A stretch of DNA of 64,000 nt from an uncultured Gemmatimonadaceae bacterium (lineage in GTDB: Bacteria; Gemmatimonadota; Gemmatimonadetes; Gemmatimonadales; Gemmatimonadaceae). The stretch spans positions 128,001 to 192,000 of the forward strand of contig CAVUDW010000003.1 in NCBI GenBank assembly GCA_963740355.1. Reading direction: 5' to 3'. The first letter of the stretch is position 1, and each line of letters opens with the position of its first letter. Shown here piece after piece: positions 29,206-39,857 of the stretch. The position numbers and the translations under genes are program-made. Below the pieces are notes generated by a model that was not told the origin of the DNA, ran no database searches, and saw nothing but the letters and a program-made list of their open reading frames with translations.

Positions 29206-29450
29206 TGGATGCGAGAGTTCGGGAAGCGGAACACCGTCGAGTTTTGAGGCAACTTGCACCTCTGTCAACTGGAGATGCGCGAGCCTCGTTCCGATGCACA
29301 GACTCCGCCGACCGAGCCCTCAGCGAACTCTGCCGCACGGGCGTACTCAGAGAATGTCCACCTCAGGTGGCGAGCGAGGCTGCTCGGCCGCAGGTTCGTG
29401 GATACAGGAGCGGGGAGCCTCCCGCTCAGCCCTACCGTCCCAGCCCTCCG

Positions 29451-30680
29451 ATGACACTGTCTCTCGTACGTGTAGCCGCGACCGCCACGCTGGTCTGCCT
29501 TGCCCTGCCAGCCAGCCTGTCCGCCCAGGCTGCAATGGCCGCCACGCCCGCGTCGGATTCCGCCGATGCGATGATCCGCACGATGGTCTCCCGCCTCGAC
29601 TTCGATCGCTACAAGGCGACCGTGAAGGGGCTCACCGCGTTCGGCGATCGCCGCCAGGGCACCGACCGCAATCGTGCCGCCGTGGACTGGATCGAGGCAC
29701 AGCTGAAGAGCTACGGCTGCACCAACACGGAGCGCATCACCTACGACTACCAGCCGCCTGCTCCCGTCGCCCGTCCGGCTGGCCCGGCACCGGTGCCCGG
29801 TGCGGTGCGCAGAGAACAGGGCGGCGGACGCTCACGCGGCATGCGCACCCGGACTGGCGTCAACAACGACTCGCTCCGTCAGCCTGACGCCCGCCTGCGC
29901 GCCCTCAATTCGCAGCCCAGCACCCCAGGGCAGCGTCAAGAGGTCTACTGCACCAAGATTGGCACCACCCACCCGGAGGAGATGTACATCGTTGGTGCGC
30001 ACATGGATGGCATTGGGTGGGGCGAGGCCGCCAATGACGATGGCTCCGGCACGGCCCTGGTGATGGAACTGGCACGTGTCTTCAGCAGCCCCGATGTCAC
30101 GACCGAGCGTTCCATTCGCTTCGTGCTCTGGAACAACGAAGAAACGGGACTCAACGGCGCCCGAGCCTACGTCGAACAGCGTGCCGCGCTGCAAGGCAAG
30201 GAAATGCCAGCTGGTTCGGGCAAGTATCCTGAGCCGAAGTGGCTCGGCATGATCCAGCATGACATGATGATGTTCGATCATGGCATGCCGAAAGCCGACA
30301 GCTCCATCGCCAAGGAGCAGCGGCCGGAGGCTGACGTGAACATCGAGTTCCAGTCAGCCTCGAAGTTCGCGGCGCAGTCGGCAGCCCTCGCCTGGATCCT
30401 GCACGGCGCGAACGAAAAGTTCGCGACCGACTACCCAGCCTCAGTGGGCCCGCACATGACCAACACCGACTCCGGGCCCTTCCAGGATCTGGTGGCGTCG
30501 ATCAGCCTGCGCGAGAACGAACGCGGCACGCAGGTCGGTAGTGGTTGGGACCCGCATTGGCACCAGCCGACGGATCTGTTCTCCACGTTCACCGACAAGG
30601 ATTTCCGGCTTGGCCTGAACGCGGCGCAGACGACGTTTGGCGCGCTCGCCACGCTGACGGGTGCGAAGCTGACGCGCTGA
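29451..30680 (+). CDS. Secreted M28-family metallopeptidase
   Basis: Signal peptide; GAHMD, ANDDGSG, NEETGL, HDM, HWH zinc-ligand motifs. Confidence 0.88.
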   Translation: MTLSLVRVAATATLVCLALPASLSAQAAMAATPASDSADAMIRTMVSRLDFDRYKATVKGLTAFGDRRQGTDRNRAAVDWIEAQLKSYGCTNTERITYDYQPPAPVARPAGPAPVPGAVRREQGGGRSRGMRTRTGVNNDSLRQPDARLRALNSQPSTPGQRQEVYCTKIGTTHPEEMYIVGAHMDGIGWGEAANDDGSGTALVMELARVFSSPDVTTERSIRFVLWNNEETGLNGARAYVEQRAALQGKEMPAGSGKYPEPKWLGMIQHDMMMFDHGMPKADSSIAKEQRPEADVNIEFQSASKFAAQSAALAWILHGANEKFATDYPASVGPHMTNTDSGPFQDLVASISLRENERGTQVGSGWDPHWHQPTDLFSTFTDKDFRLGLNAAQTTFGALATLTGAKLTR

Positions 30681-30740
30681 CTTCTGGGGTGGGTGGCCGC
30701 CGGGGCTCAAACCCCTGCCTCGATCGCGGCATCCAATGTC

Positions 30741-31338
30741 GTGTCTACCGCCGCCACCCACTCCCGCCACGTGCCACTGGTCTCCGCCGCATCGATCGAC
30801 GCTACGATTCTCGCGGCCCAGCGCGGCGACGAGGTGGCGTTCGCGACGCTGTACGACACGCATGCACCGCGCGTGTACGCACTCTGCCTCCGGCTATCGG
30901 GAGACGGTGTCGCGGCCGAGGAGTTGGTGCAGGATGTGTTCGTGCGTGTGTGGGAGAGCTTGGCGTCGTACCGCAGCGACTCCGCCTTCACGACCTGGTT
31001 GCATCGTGTTGCCGTCAACACGGTGCTGCAGTCGCATCGTTCTGGCCGGCGCCGTTCACTGCGGGTGGCCATCGCTGCCGACCTGCGGCTCGATCGGCCG
31101 GACTCTCGGACGGGCCTCCCTGATGCCGTGACGAGCCGCCCGCGATCATGGTCTCGCCATCGATCTCGAACAGGCCATACGACAACTGCCCCCAGGCGCG
31201 CGGGCGGTGTTCGTTCTGCACGACATCGAGGGCTACCAGCATGGCGAAATCGGCGAACGATTGTCGATCGCCGAGGGGACATCCAAGGCCCAGTTATTTC
31301 GCGCGCGCCGCTTGCTTCGGGAGATGCTCGCCTCATGA
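30741..31338 (+). pseudogene. ECF sigma factor, frameshifted between regions 2 and 4 as sequenced
   Basis: Region 2 (AEELVQDVFVRVW...FTTWLHRVAVN) in one frame; region 4 (LPPGARAVFVLHDIEGYQHGEI...GTSKAQLFRAR) in the +1 frame from about 31141, stop at 31338; start uncertain. Confidence 0.8.
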
Positions 31339-31880
31339 CATGCCAGGACTTTGACGCCACGCTAGTCGCGTACCTTGCCGGCGAACTCAGTCGCACGGAT
31401 GCCGAATTGCTGGAACAGCACGCAGCGGAATGTGCGGCGTGTGAAGTGGCGCTCGACCGCGCCACGCGACGCCCATCGATCACCAACGTGCTCATGCCGC
31501 CGGTGACGCTGCGACAGGCCACGCTTGCTGCCGTCTCAGCGCGACGCGCGCAGACCTCGTCGCGACGCCGATGGGTTGGATCCGCCGTGCTGGCCGCCGC
31601 CGCAGGGTTCGTGTTCTGGATCGTACCGATGCGACCGACTCGACCTGAGTCGGCCGCTGTCCTGTCAGGCATCGACAGCACGGCTCGCACCGACTCCACG
31701 CCCGAGCGTCTGGCGGCGACACGGGCTCGCCCCGAATTCGAGGCACTCGACTCCGCCGCGCAGGAGTTGCAGCGCGCAATCGCGGCGTCGCCGGGAGACT
31801 CGCAACTGCGCGCCTTTCTGGCGTCAGTCACCTCACAGCGGAGCGAACTGCAGCGCTGCGTACAGGCGGCGAAGTCGTGA
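31335..31880 (+). CDS. Zinc-finger (ZAS) transmembrane anti-sigma factor
   Basis: MTC...HAAECAAC (HxxxCxxC) followed by a TM helix; ATGA overlap with the sigma stop. Confidence 0.85.
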   Translation: MTCQDFDATLVAYLAGELSRTDAELLEQHAAECAACEVALDRATRRPSITNVLMPPVTLRQATLAAVSARRAQTSSRRRWVGSAVLAAAAGFVFWIVPMRPTRPESAAVLSGIDSTARTDSTPERLAATRARPEFEALDSAAQELQRAIAASPGDSQLRAFLASVTSQRSELQRCVQAAKS

Positions 31881-32749
31881 GGAGATCGCGTCAGGTTGCC
31901 AGCCGTACGTACCTGATGCGACGAGTCGCTGTCGTCGCATTGCTGCAGGTCGCCTGGTCAGCGGGTGGGAAAGCACAGCAGCAGGTACATCGCGGAGTCC
32001 CCGCGTCAGCGTCAGTCGGCATGCGCATCTACGCGCCGGCGGGCTGCGTGAAGGTGCGCGTCTGGAGTCGCGATTCCATCGACGTGGCTGGGACGATCGC
32101 AGCTGGCGCGAGCCTCTTCGGCGGCGGGAGTCGAGACGCCGTCAAGTTTGGCGTCGAGGCACAACGGACCGGCGATACCCGGCTGCCGGCAGTCGATTGG
32201 GTGGTGACCGTACCACGCAACGCGCGAGTCTGGGTGAAAATGACGTCGGGAAGAATCGAGAGCGACGGCTCGTCGGGTGAACTGGAGTTGTATGCGGTGT
32301 CGGGAAGCATCACAGTGCGCGATGCGACCGGTGTCACCTCGATCGAGTCGATCGATGCGGACGTCGGCATTTCCTCGAGCAGCGGTGATGTCCGGATCCG
32401 AAGTGGCAAGGCGCGTGTCGAGTTGCGCGACATGCGCGGCACCGCCTCGATCACGACAGTCAATGGTCCGGTGTTCGTGCGCGGAGCCTCAGCGCCAGAC
32501 GGACGGATCGAGACGATCGGCGGTCCGATAAGCATCGAGGCGTCGCAACTGCGTGGTGCCGTGCTCGATCTGCAGACACACAGCGGGCCGATCACGGCCG
32601 TTGTCCCGCGACGCGCCGTTCCGCTGCTCGATCTCGTCTCGCGCACCGGAACCGTCACCAACCCTGCGCGAGGCGGTGCGGCGACATGGGGCAAGATCAC
32701 GGCGCGGTCATTTCGTGGGACGATCACCGTGCGCATCGCGCCGAACTGA
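31877..32749 (+). CDS. DUF4097-like beta-strand repeat secreted protein
   Basis: Signal peptide and repeated (T/S)xSGxI strands; usual third gene of such ECF operons. Confidence 0.75.
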   Translation: MRRSRQVASRTYLMRRVAVVALLQVAWSAGGKAQQQVHRGVPASASVGMRIYAPAGCVKVRVWSRDSIDVAGTIAAGASLFGGGSRDAVKFGVEAQRTGDTRLPAVDWVVTVPRNARVWVKMTSGRIESDGSSGELELYAVSGSITVRDATGVTSIESIDADVGISSSSGDVRIRSGKARVELRDMRGTASITTVNGPVFVRGASAPDGRIETIGGPISIEASQLRGAVLDLQTHSGPITAVVPRRAVPLLDLVSRTGTVTNPARGGAATWGKITARSFRGTITVRIAPN

Positions 32750-32876
32750 ACGCGACCAACGCCTCAACGGGGCGACGTCACGCTGCGACCAGTCACACTC
32801 GCATCAGTGCCGGTGAGCGGATGCACGTGCCCTCGGCACGACCATCGCGCACACCAGATTCACCGTGCTCCTGCGG

Positions 32877-33233
32877 TCAGCCTTTGTCCACCCAGTGCAG
32901 CCGGTGCATGATGCGGTGGATGAACGGCGCGAACAGCAGCCCTGACGCCGCAATCACGGCCAGCCCGCAATAGAGGGCATACAGACCGGCGAAGATCTTC
33001 GCGGCATCGGTCTTGAGGTCGGTCGCAACCGGTCCCATGCCACCAAGCAACATCGCGGAATTCAGGAAGGCATCGGTCATGCCCATGCCTGTCAGTGACA
33101 CATATCCAATCATCCCGACAGCCAGTGACGCCAGGATCAGGGCCGTCACGAATGCAAAATGCATCAGGACGCGGCGTCGAAAGAGCGCCGGTGTCAGTGG
33201 CGGCTTCGATTTCGGTTCGAATTTGTACAGCAT
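32877..33233 (-). CDS. Small two-TM membrane protein resembling an ion-channel pore module
   Basis: TM, DAFLNSAMLLGGMGP, TM; purine-rich RBS upstream of ATG 33233. Confidence 0.7.
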   Translation of the reverse strand: MLYKFEPKSKPPLTPALFRRRVLMHFAFVTALILASLAVGMIGYVSLTGMGMTDAFLNSAMLLGGMGPVATDLKTDAAKIFAGLYALYCGLAVIAASGLLFAPFIHRIMHRLHWVDKG

Positions 33234-33344
33234 GCCTTCGTTCCCCGGCTGACGAAGTGGAATGTCGTTCTCTGCCCCGTGCAAGTTGTACATGACTCGT
33301 CGCGCTTGCAGCCTCCGCCTCGTCGCCGCACGCACGCAGGTCGA

Positions 33345-34616
33345 TCAGCGACCAAGCCAGAGCCCTATCGCGCTTGCGATACCAAGAGCGGCCAAGCCGC
33401 CGCCGGCCACTCGGCGCATATCGCGCTGCCCAAGCACGAGCACCATCGTCGCCTTGAGTGCTGTGTTGGCCAGCATACCCACAGCGATGGCTCGAGCGGC
33501 AAGTTGCACGGAGTCAGGCGCTTGCCCATGGCGCGCCATCGAGAAAGTGAGCGCGTCCATGTCGGTCAGGCCGAGCAGGAATGCGGATGTCAGCACGCCA
33601 GCGCTGCCAAAGGTGTCCTTGGAGATTCTGATCGCAAAGATGGCCACCTGAAATGCGAGGGCCAGTTGCAAGGCTGTCCCGATGCGCAATGGTGAGTGCA
33701 ACTGCGCCGCCGCTTCGCCTTCCGGTCCTTTCGGCTGCCGCCACAGCACGATGCCGATCACCACGGCCCCAACCGCGAACGGTGGCAACAGGAATGGCAC
33801 GAGCGCACCGGCAATGGCCGGATTGAGGATCGTGGCCACGACGCTCACGCGCAGCACCAGCACGGTGCAGGCGGCGACCACGCCAAGGCCAAGGGCGCCG
33901 GCGAGCGCAGGCTCCGTCCTGCTCCGCCGCGCGAATTGCAACGCGACCGCTGTGCTCGACACCAATCCGCCGAGCAGGCCCATCGCGGCATAACCGCGAG
34001 ATGCGCCCACCCATCGCTGCAGCAGGAACCCGCCGTAGTTCACGCCGCAGAAGATCAGCACGATGATCCAGAGCTCGCGCGGATTGAGGCCGCCCCACGG
34101 TCCCCAGAGGACGTTCGGCAGGAGCGGCAGGATCACCAATGCCAGCACCGCGAACTGGAGTGCACCCATCAACTCGCGTTCGCCGAGTCGGTCCAGAATC
34201 GTGTGAATCTGCTGCTTGCTGACGAGCGCAGCGACCACCAGGGTGCCAACGCCGGCCGCAATCGCGCGGTGACCCATGCCCGCCATCGCGGCGAGCGCGA
34301 GAACGAGAATCGCGGCGGTTTCGGTGGTGCCGTCAGACGTCGAGCCAGGTCGGCGCACAGCCAGCGCGTAGGCGATCACGCTCAACACCCCACCTGCCGT
34401 GAGGAGGGCTACCGCTGCACCCGCGTTGCCTTCGGCGAGGAGGTGTCCCCCAACGCCGCCCAGCAGGCCAAGCATGAAGAAGGTGCGGACGCCGGCGAAG
34501 CGGCCATCGGGGCCTTCAGTCTTGCCACTCCGTTCACGCTCGAATCCGACCGAGAGTCCCACCAGCGCGGCGACAGCCAGGTTGGAGGCGAGAACGAGTT
34601 CGGAGTTGCCTTGCAT
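33345..34616 (-). CDS. MgtC/SapB-family membrane protein with DUF4010-like domain
   Basis: VGFERE, FAGVRTF, GTTE, ILPLLP, GGLVSSTA, GLTDMDA motifs. Confidence 0.88.
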   Translation of the reverse strand: MQGNSELVLASNLAVAALVGLSVGFERERSGKTEGPDGRFAGVRTFFMLGLLGGVGGHLLAEGNAGAAVALLTAGGVLSVIAYALAVRRPGSTSDGTTETAAILVLALAAMAGMGHRAIAAGVGTLVVAALVSKQQIHTILDRLGERELMGALQFAVLALVILPLLPNVLWGPWGGLNPRELWIIVLIFCGVNYGGFLLQRWVGASRGYAAMGLLGGLVSSTAVALQFARRSRTEPALAGALGLGVVAACTVLVLRVSVVATILNPAIAGALVPFLLPPFAVGAVVIGIVLWRQPKGPEGEAAAQLHSPLRIGTALQLALAFQVAIFAIRISKDTFGSAGVLTSAFLLGLTDMDALTFSMARHGQAPDSVQLAARAIAVGMLANTALKATMVLVLGQRDMRRVAGGGLAALGIASAIGLWLGR

Positions 34617-34647
34617 CAGGAGGCGCCGTACGCACGTCGCATACGCC

Positions 34648-35496
34648 CTAGCTCGCGGGCTTCCCGAGGATCGCGAAGTCCTCGCTCCCCTGTCCGGCTG
34701 CGATCTCTTCGTCCATTCGCGCGGCCAGTGCGGCCAACATGGGCGTGGGGGCCGGTGCCGCCGTCTCGAGCATCAGGCGCAGATCCTTGCGCGCGACGTC
34801 GAGCGTGAAATTCGGTTCGTAGTTACCAGACACCATCATCGTGCCGCGCAGGCCGAGGGGGCCGTTGAGATTCACCTTCGCCAGCATCTCGAGCACGCCC
34901 GCGCGGTCAACAGCTGCCGAATCCGCCAGGCGCATCACATCGGCCAGCACGCCGACCACCGACAACGAGGCCGCGTTGCCGAACAGCTTGTAGACAGCAG
35001 CGAGGTCGGCGCGCTCACCCACATGCCACAGCTCACCAGTCATCGCCGTGAGTGATTCGCGCACCGACTCGAAGCGCGCCGTTGGCCCGGCCACCAGCAT
35101 CATGCCTTTCGCGGTGCGCGCGGCACCGGGACCCATCATGACGGGGGCGTGCAGGTACTTGATGCCAACGGCGTCGAGCGCCGCGGCGCGTGCGGCGGTG
35201 CGCGCAGGCAACGTCGTGGTGTGATCGACGATGACGGCGTCGGGGTGCAACGCGGCCTGGAAATCCGCGATCACGGAATCAACGGTCTCGTCGTCGAGCA
35301 ACACCAGATGCACTCGTTCGGCACCACGGACCGCTTCGGCCGGCGACTCAGCAGCGGTGGCGCCCATCGCCACCAGCGATTCCGTCTTCGAGGCCGTGCG
35401 ATTCCACACGACGACTTCCGTACCACCGCGGCTCAACAGTCCCTCAGCGAACCCGCTGCCCAGCAAACCCATCCCAAGGACTGCGACCCGTGACAT
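34648..35496 (-). CDS. 3-hydroxyisobutyrate/6-phosphogluconate dehydrogenase-family oxidoreductase
   Basis: GMGLLG, VWNRT, APV, catalytic KLFGN, KDL. Confidence 0.88.
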   Translation of the reverse strand: MSRVAVLGMGLLGSGFAEGLLSRGGTEVVVWNRTASKTESLVAMGATAAESPAEAVRGAERVHLVLLDDETVDSVIADFQAALHPDAVIVDHTTTLPARTAARAAALDAVGIKYLHAPVMMGPGAARTAKGMMLVAGPTARFESVRESLTAMTGELWHVGERADLAAVYKLFGNAASLSVVGVLADVMRLADSAAVDRAGVLEMLAKVNLNGPLGLRGTMMVSGNYEPNFTLDVARKDLRLMLETAAPAPTPMLAALAARMDEEIAAGQGSEDFAILGKPAS

Positions 35497-35661
35497 ATGT
35501 GCGTGCTCTCTGGAAGTGTGCGCGGTGACCGACGCCCAAGTATAGCGGGGGCTTGTCACAGGGATCACGACCTCAGCCGTGTTCTGCCGGTCAGCATTGC
35601 CTGCCACGAGTGCTTAGCATGCATCGACACCACCCCCCGAACCCACCGACGAGTCGACCGC

Positions 35662-36183
35662 ATGCCTCCCACCCTGCCTCTGGTACTTCCGATCCTGCGC
35701 CGCGTCCGATTTTTCTCGGGTCAGCTGCTCACCGCAGAGGATTTCCAGCTCGAGCAGGAGTACCATCGTGAGCGTTCCCGGCTGCACAATCGGTTGCTGC
35801 ATGGATGGGGCGTCGTCGATGGTTTCGACGTTCGCAGTCGGGCCGGGATGATCATCGTCAGCCCGGGACTCGCTTTCGACCCATCAGGCGACGAAATCAT
35901 CCTGCCGCACGACACGCCGCTGAGCGTCGCGCCGGGCAGCAAGGGGGGTCCATCGCTCTACGTGATCGCGCGGTACGCTGAAGTCCTCACCGATCCCGTC
36001 GCGAGTCCTGGTGGCACCACCGACGGCACGGAATTCAGCCGCGTGGTGGAAGGTGCCGTGCTGGAGCTGCAGGACTCCGTGCCACGGACGCCGCACGCCG
36101 GCGTTGCCATCGCTCGGCTGCTCTGGCGCACGACGCAGTGGCGCGTGGACGCTCGCTACCGCCGGCGACGCATCAAGAAATGA
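35662..36183 (+). CDS. Hypothetical protein resembling N-terminal domains of contractile-injection/phage tail-associated proteins
   Basis: RVRFFSGQLLTAEDFQLEQEYH...LHGWGVVDG...VSPGLAFDPSGDEI pattern, recognised from memory. Confidence 0.6.
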   Translation: MPPTLPLVLPILRRVRFFSGQLLTAEDFQLEQEYHRERSRLHNRLLHGWGVVDGFDVRSRAGMIIVSPGLAFDPSGDEIILPHDTPLSVAPGSKGGPSLYVIARYAEVLTDPVASPGGTTDGTEFSRVVEGAVLELQDSVPRTPHAGVAIARLLWRTTQWRVDARYRRRRIKK

Positions 36184-36216
36184 TCGTCGCGGGCAGTCGC
36201 CCGCCGCGAATGTGGG

Positions 36217-36936
36217 TCAGAAGACGATGGTGCCAGCAGGACATTGCAGCACCACGCGCATCGCGGAGGCGCCCTTCGATACACTGACGGCAATTCCTGT
36301 GGAGGCGAGGAATCGCGTCAGTGGCGCCGGATCGGGCTCCGACATCTCGACGGAGGTCAACGCACAGCCCGTTGGAGACTGCGTGCTCGGATGCGCAGTA
36401 CTGGTGCCCCACTGGATGAAGAACGGCGCTGCGTTGAGGCTCGCCCCGCTCACCGACGCAGTCTGCCAACTCAATTTCACGCCATCCGGCCGCGTACGAG
36501 CGCCCGGCCGGACCGGTGACATTTCGAACCCAGCGCTTGTGACTGTGCGGACCACACGCGTGATGTCGGACGTATGTAGCGCCCAGCCCACCGGCTTCAG
36601 CGTGGCCGATGTCGTCATGGCGTCGATGGACGTTCCTGGTTCGTGCGAGGGGGCCATGATCTCGATGTAGCGCCCAGCGCCCAGCGATACGAGCGCGTTC
36701 TGCGTGCCTCGACCCGGATGCACGCCGCCCTTCACGGGTGCTACACCGGTGCGACGTGTGAACTCCGCCATCCCTTTCTCGAGATCATTGACCCCGAGGA
36801 TCAGGTGGTCGATGCCAACATCCGTTTCTGCCACCCCTGGTTGCGCATGGCCGGGTGTGGCGGCAATGAGCACGGTGAAACACAGAGCCAACCAGCGCGA
36901 CCTGTGCAGGGGGCTTGCGTGACTATCGAGTGGCAT
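36217..36936 (-). CDS. Secreted VOC/glyoxalase-like (Glyoxalase_3) protein
   Basis: IDHLILGV, GGVHPGRGTQNAL, YIEI, PFFIQW; signal-like N-terminus. Confidence 0.85.
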   Translation of the reverse strand: MPLDSHASPLHRSRWLALCFTVLIAATPGHAQPGVAETDVGIDHLILGVNDLEKGMAEFTRRTGVAPVKGGVHPGRGTQNALVSLGAGRYIEIMAPSHEPGTSIDAMTTSATLKPVGWALHTSDITRVVRTVTSAGFEMSPVRPGARTRPDGVKLSWQTASVSGASLNAAPFFIQWGTSTAHPSTQSPTGCALTSVEMSEPDPAPLTRFLASTGIAVSVSKGASAMRVVLQCPAGTIVF

Positions 36937-37207
36937 TCGACACCTCGGATGATGGGCGGATAGGCGCAGCGCGGTTTCGCATGCGACGAACAGCTTCGAG
37001 ACATCCCGTCGCATACTATCGGTGAAGCCACGCATTCCAGCCGCCAGCCACGGTGTGGGCGAACCGACGCGGAGTTCGGCACGGCCGAACTGCAAGCGAA
37101 CGCTTCAGCAGGCCCGGCCGCGACCGATACTGAAATATATCAGCGATACATCAGGCTTTGGCTCAGGCCGCCTGCCATTAACCGACTCGCCCAAGGCCGA
37201 CGTCAGC

Positions 37208-39769
37208 ATGACACAGCCACCCACCGCCGGCTCGCCGCGCGGTACCTCGCGATACGCACGAGCCGTGATGAGCTTCCGCCGCTGGCCAATCGCCAGAAAG
37301 CTGGCGCTGCTCTGCCTCGCCTTCGGCATCGTGCCGCTTGCACTCGCCTCCACCCTGCTGCTCAATCGCGCGGCATTGGCGGTGCGAGAGCGCGCCGCCG
37401 ACGGCCTGCAGAAGACCGCAGGTCACGTGGCTGACAAGATCGATCGCAACCTCTTCGAGCGATATGGCGACGTGCAGGCGTTCGGGTTCAACGACGCAGT
37501 GGAAGATCGCAGTCAGTGGTACAAGGTTGGAGCCGCAAACAACCGGATCGCGGATCGCACCAACGCCTACGTCGCAGCCTACGGCATGTACGTGCTGTCG
37601 ACGCTGGTGGACGCCGAGGGCAAGGTCATTTCCGTGAACGACAAGGACGCAACAGGCAAGCCGATCGCGACCAGCAGCCTGTATGAGACGAACTACCGCG
37701 ATGCCGCGTGGTTCCGCGCCTGCATGGCCGGGCAGTTCTCGCAAAGAATGCAGTACAGTGATTCCGCCAACACCAGCGCAACCGGCACCGTCATCACCCC
37801 CGCCGCGGCCGACGCGGACGTGCAGCGCGTGTACGGCCCGAGTGCCGCCGACGTGGTCGGTTTTGCCGCGCCACTCCGGAACCGCAGTGGCACAGCGATC
37901 GGGTGCTGGCGCAATCTCGCGACCGTCTCACTCGTCAATGCGATGCTTGGTGATGCCGCGCACGATCTCCGGACGGCCGGGTATGCAGGCGCCACGCTGC
38001 TGGTGGTCGACAGCACGGGACGGAAGTTGGCAGAAGGTGGACAGGCGCTCGCCGATTCCGTACTGCGTGTCGAACGCAGTCCGGAAGGCTCGCTGGTGTC
38101 GCTGCGGAACGGCGCCTCCGGACACCGCGAAGCCGTGATCGCCGGCACGACGATGCAAGTCGGGTACGCGCACCTCCACGGTGCACTCGGCTATCCCGGG
38201 ATGAACTGGGGGGTGCTGATCAGTGTACCGCAGGCGGAAATCGATGCCGCAGCGAACATCGGCCAACTGCGTTTGACAGCATTCGCGCTCTGTGTGGCAG
38301 TGGCCGTGCTGATCCTCGTCGTCGCATTCCGCATCGGCAGTCGGGTCGCGAAACCGATCCGCGAAATGGCCTCCATCGCGCAGGATGTCTCGGTTGGCCG
38401 ACTCGATCGCACCGCCGTCTACGCCTCGTACGACGAGATCGGCCAGGTCGGTGCCTCGCTCACACGCATCGTCACAGCGCAACAGGACCTTGCCGCGACG
38501 GCGCGCCAGATCGCAGCCGGCAATACGGCCGTCGAGATCGCGGCGCGCTCCGAGCATGACGAACTGTCACGCGCATTCATGTCGATGCGTGACACGCTGC
38601 GTGCATTGGTCAGCGAGATGGAGCAGTTGTCGATCGCGGCACAGGACGGGCACCTCGATGTGCGGGGCAGCGTCACGAAGTTCGACGGTGCCTTCCGTGA
38701 GCTGGTGTCCGGCGTGAATGCGACGCTCGAAGCAGGTGCCGCACCAGTTCGTGAAGCGCGTGACGTACTCGGCAAGCTTGCGCAGCGCGATCTTACCGCT
38801 CGCATGACGGGCGTCTATCGCGGCGATCATGCGGCACTGTCAGACAGTATCAACACCGCGATCATCGATCTTGGGGCCGCCTTGACCGATGTTCGCCGCG
38901 AATCCGATGGTATCTACGCCTCGGCCCAGGAAATCGCCTCGGCATCGCAGGAGCAGGCCAACGGTGCCACGCGACAGGCCGGGCTGCTGGAATCGATGAG
39001 CGGTGACATCTCCGAACAGCGGACACTGAGCGGCGGCGTCGCCGACCGCACTCGCGAGCTCAGTGACCTGGTGAGCAAGACGCGTGATGCGGCAAAGCTT
39101 GGCTATGATCGGGTCGGTGAAGTGGCGGGTGCGTTGGCGGAGATTCGTGAACGCGCCCTGATGACACAGAAGATAGCGCGGAAGATGGAGGAGATCGCCT
39201 CACAGACGAACCTCCTTGCGCTCAACGCCGCGGTGGAGGCGGCACGAGCCGGCGAATCAGGCGCTGGATTTGCGGTCGTTGCCGAGGAAGTCCGTGCACT
39301 TGCGTTGCGCGCGACGGAATCAGCGAAGGAAACACAAACCGTGATCGACAGCGCCGTGAAGAGCGTGATCACTGGCGTGCGCCTCGGTGAATCGGCGGTG
39401 GACGTGTTGCGTGGCATCGAGACGAATGCAGCCGATGCGGCGGCGGTGGTGATCGATATTGCGTCTTCCACCGGCGTACAGGCGAAGGGTCTGGAGACCA
39501 TCGATGGTGCTGCCGCCTCCGTCGCGACCTACACCAGTGCATCCGCTGCCAATGCGGAAGAAACGGCAGCGGCGTCCGAGGAGCTGTCCAGCATGGCCGG
39601 CACACTGGCGTCGCTGGTCGGACGCTTCAGGCTGGACGCGGCGACAGCAGGCGGACGGTCGGAGCCACAGTCGCGTGCACTCGTCGGGCGCGGGAAACCC
39701 ACGCGGTCACCGCGCGCCAGTCGTGCGGCGCGAGACGAGGCGGTCACCGCGCTGGCCGATGATAATTGA
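37208..39769 (+). CDS. Membrane-bound methyl-accepting chemotaxis protein (Cache-like sensor, HAMP domains)
   Basis: Two TM helices flanking a large periplasmic domain, HAMP repeats, [20 protein letters not shown]; start may be 37268. Confidence 0.92.
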   Translation: MTQPPTAGSPRGTSRYARAVMSFRRWPIARKLALLCLAFGIVPLALASTLLLNRAALAVRERAADGLQKTAGHVADKIDRNLFERYGDVQAFGFNDAVEDRSQWYKVGAANNRIADRTNAYVAAYGMYVLSTLVDAEGKVISVNDKDATGKPIATSSLYETNYRDAAWFRACMAGQFSQRMQYSDSANTSATGTVITPAAADADVQRVYGPSAADVVGFAAPLRNRSGTAIGCWRNLATVSLVNAMLGDAAHDLRTAGYAGATLLVVDSTGRKLAEGGQALADSVLRVERSPEGSLVSLRNGASGHREAVIAGTTMQVGYAHLHGALGYPGMNWGVLISVPQAEIDAAANIGQLRLTAFALCVAVAVLILVVAFRIGSRVAKPIREMASIAQDVSVGRLDRTAVYASYDEIGQVGASLTRIVTAQQDLAATARQIAAGNTAVEIAARSEHDELSRAFMSMRDTLRALVSEMEQLSIAAQDGHLDVRGSVTKFDGAFRELVSGVNATLEAGAAPVREARDVLGKLAQRDLTARMTGVYRGDHAALSDSINTAIIDLGAALTDVRRESDGIYASAQEIASASQEQANGATRQAGLLESMSGDISEQRTLSGGVADRTRELSDLVSKTRDAAKLGYDRVGEVAGALAEIRERALMTQKIARKMEEIASQTNLLALNAAVEAARAGESGAGFAVVAEEVRALALRATESAKETQTVIDSAVKSVITGVRLGESAVDVLRGIETNAADAAAVVIDIASSTGVQAKGLETIDGAAASVATYTSASAANAEETAAASEELSSMAGTLASLVGRFRLDAATAGGRSEPQSRALVGRGKPTRSPRASRAARDEAVTALADDN

Positions 39770-39857
39770 GCGACTGGTAGCCACCGGGAATGACAGTCGA
39801 ACACAAACGCGCCTGCCAGAACCCTGGCAGGCGCGCTTCACATCCAACGGTGTGTGA

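Noticed and set aside
28090..29247. Long antisense or alternate-frame ORFs (also 9457-10560, 20300-21394, 30707-31831, 33696-34808, 43740-44855)
   Set aside because: GC-rich shadow frames over well-supported genes, with no recognisable motifs
30693..31880. Genuine 395-aa sigma/anti-sigma fusion protein
   Set aside because: Sigma region 4 is intact in the +1 frame; the fusion results from a frameshift
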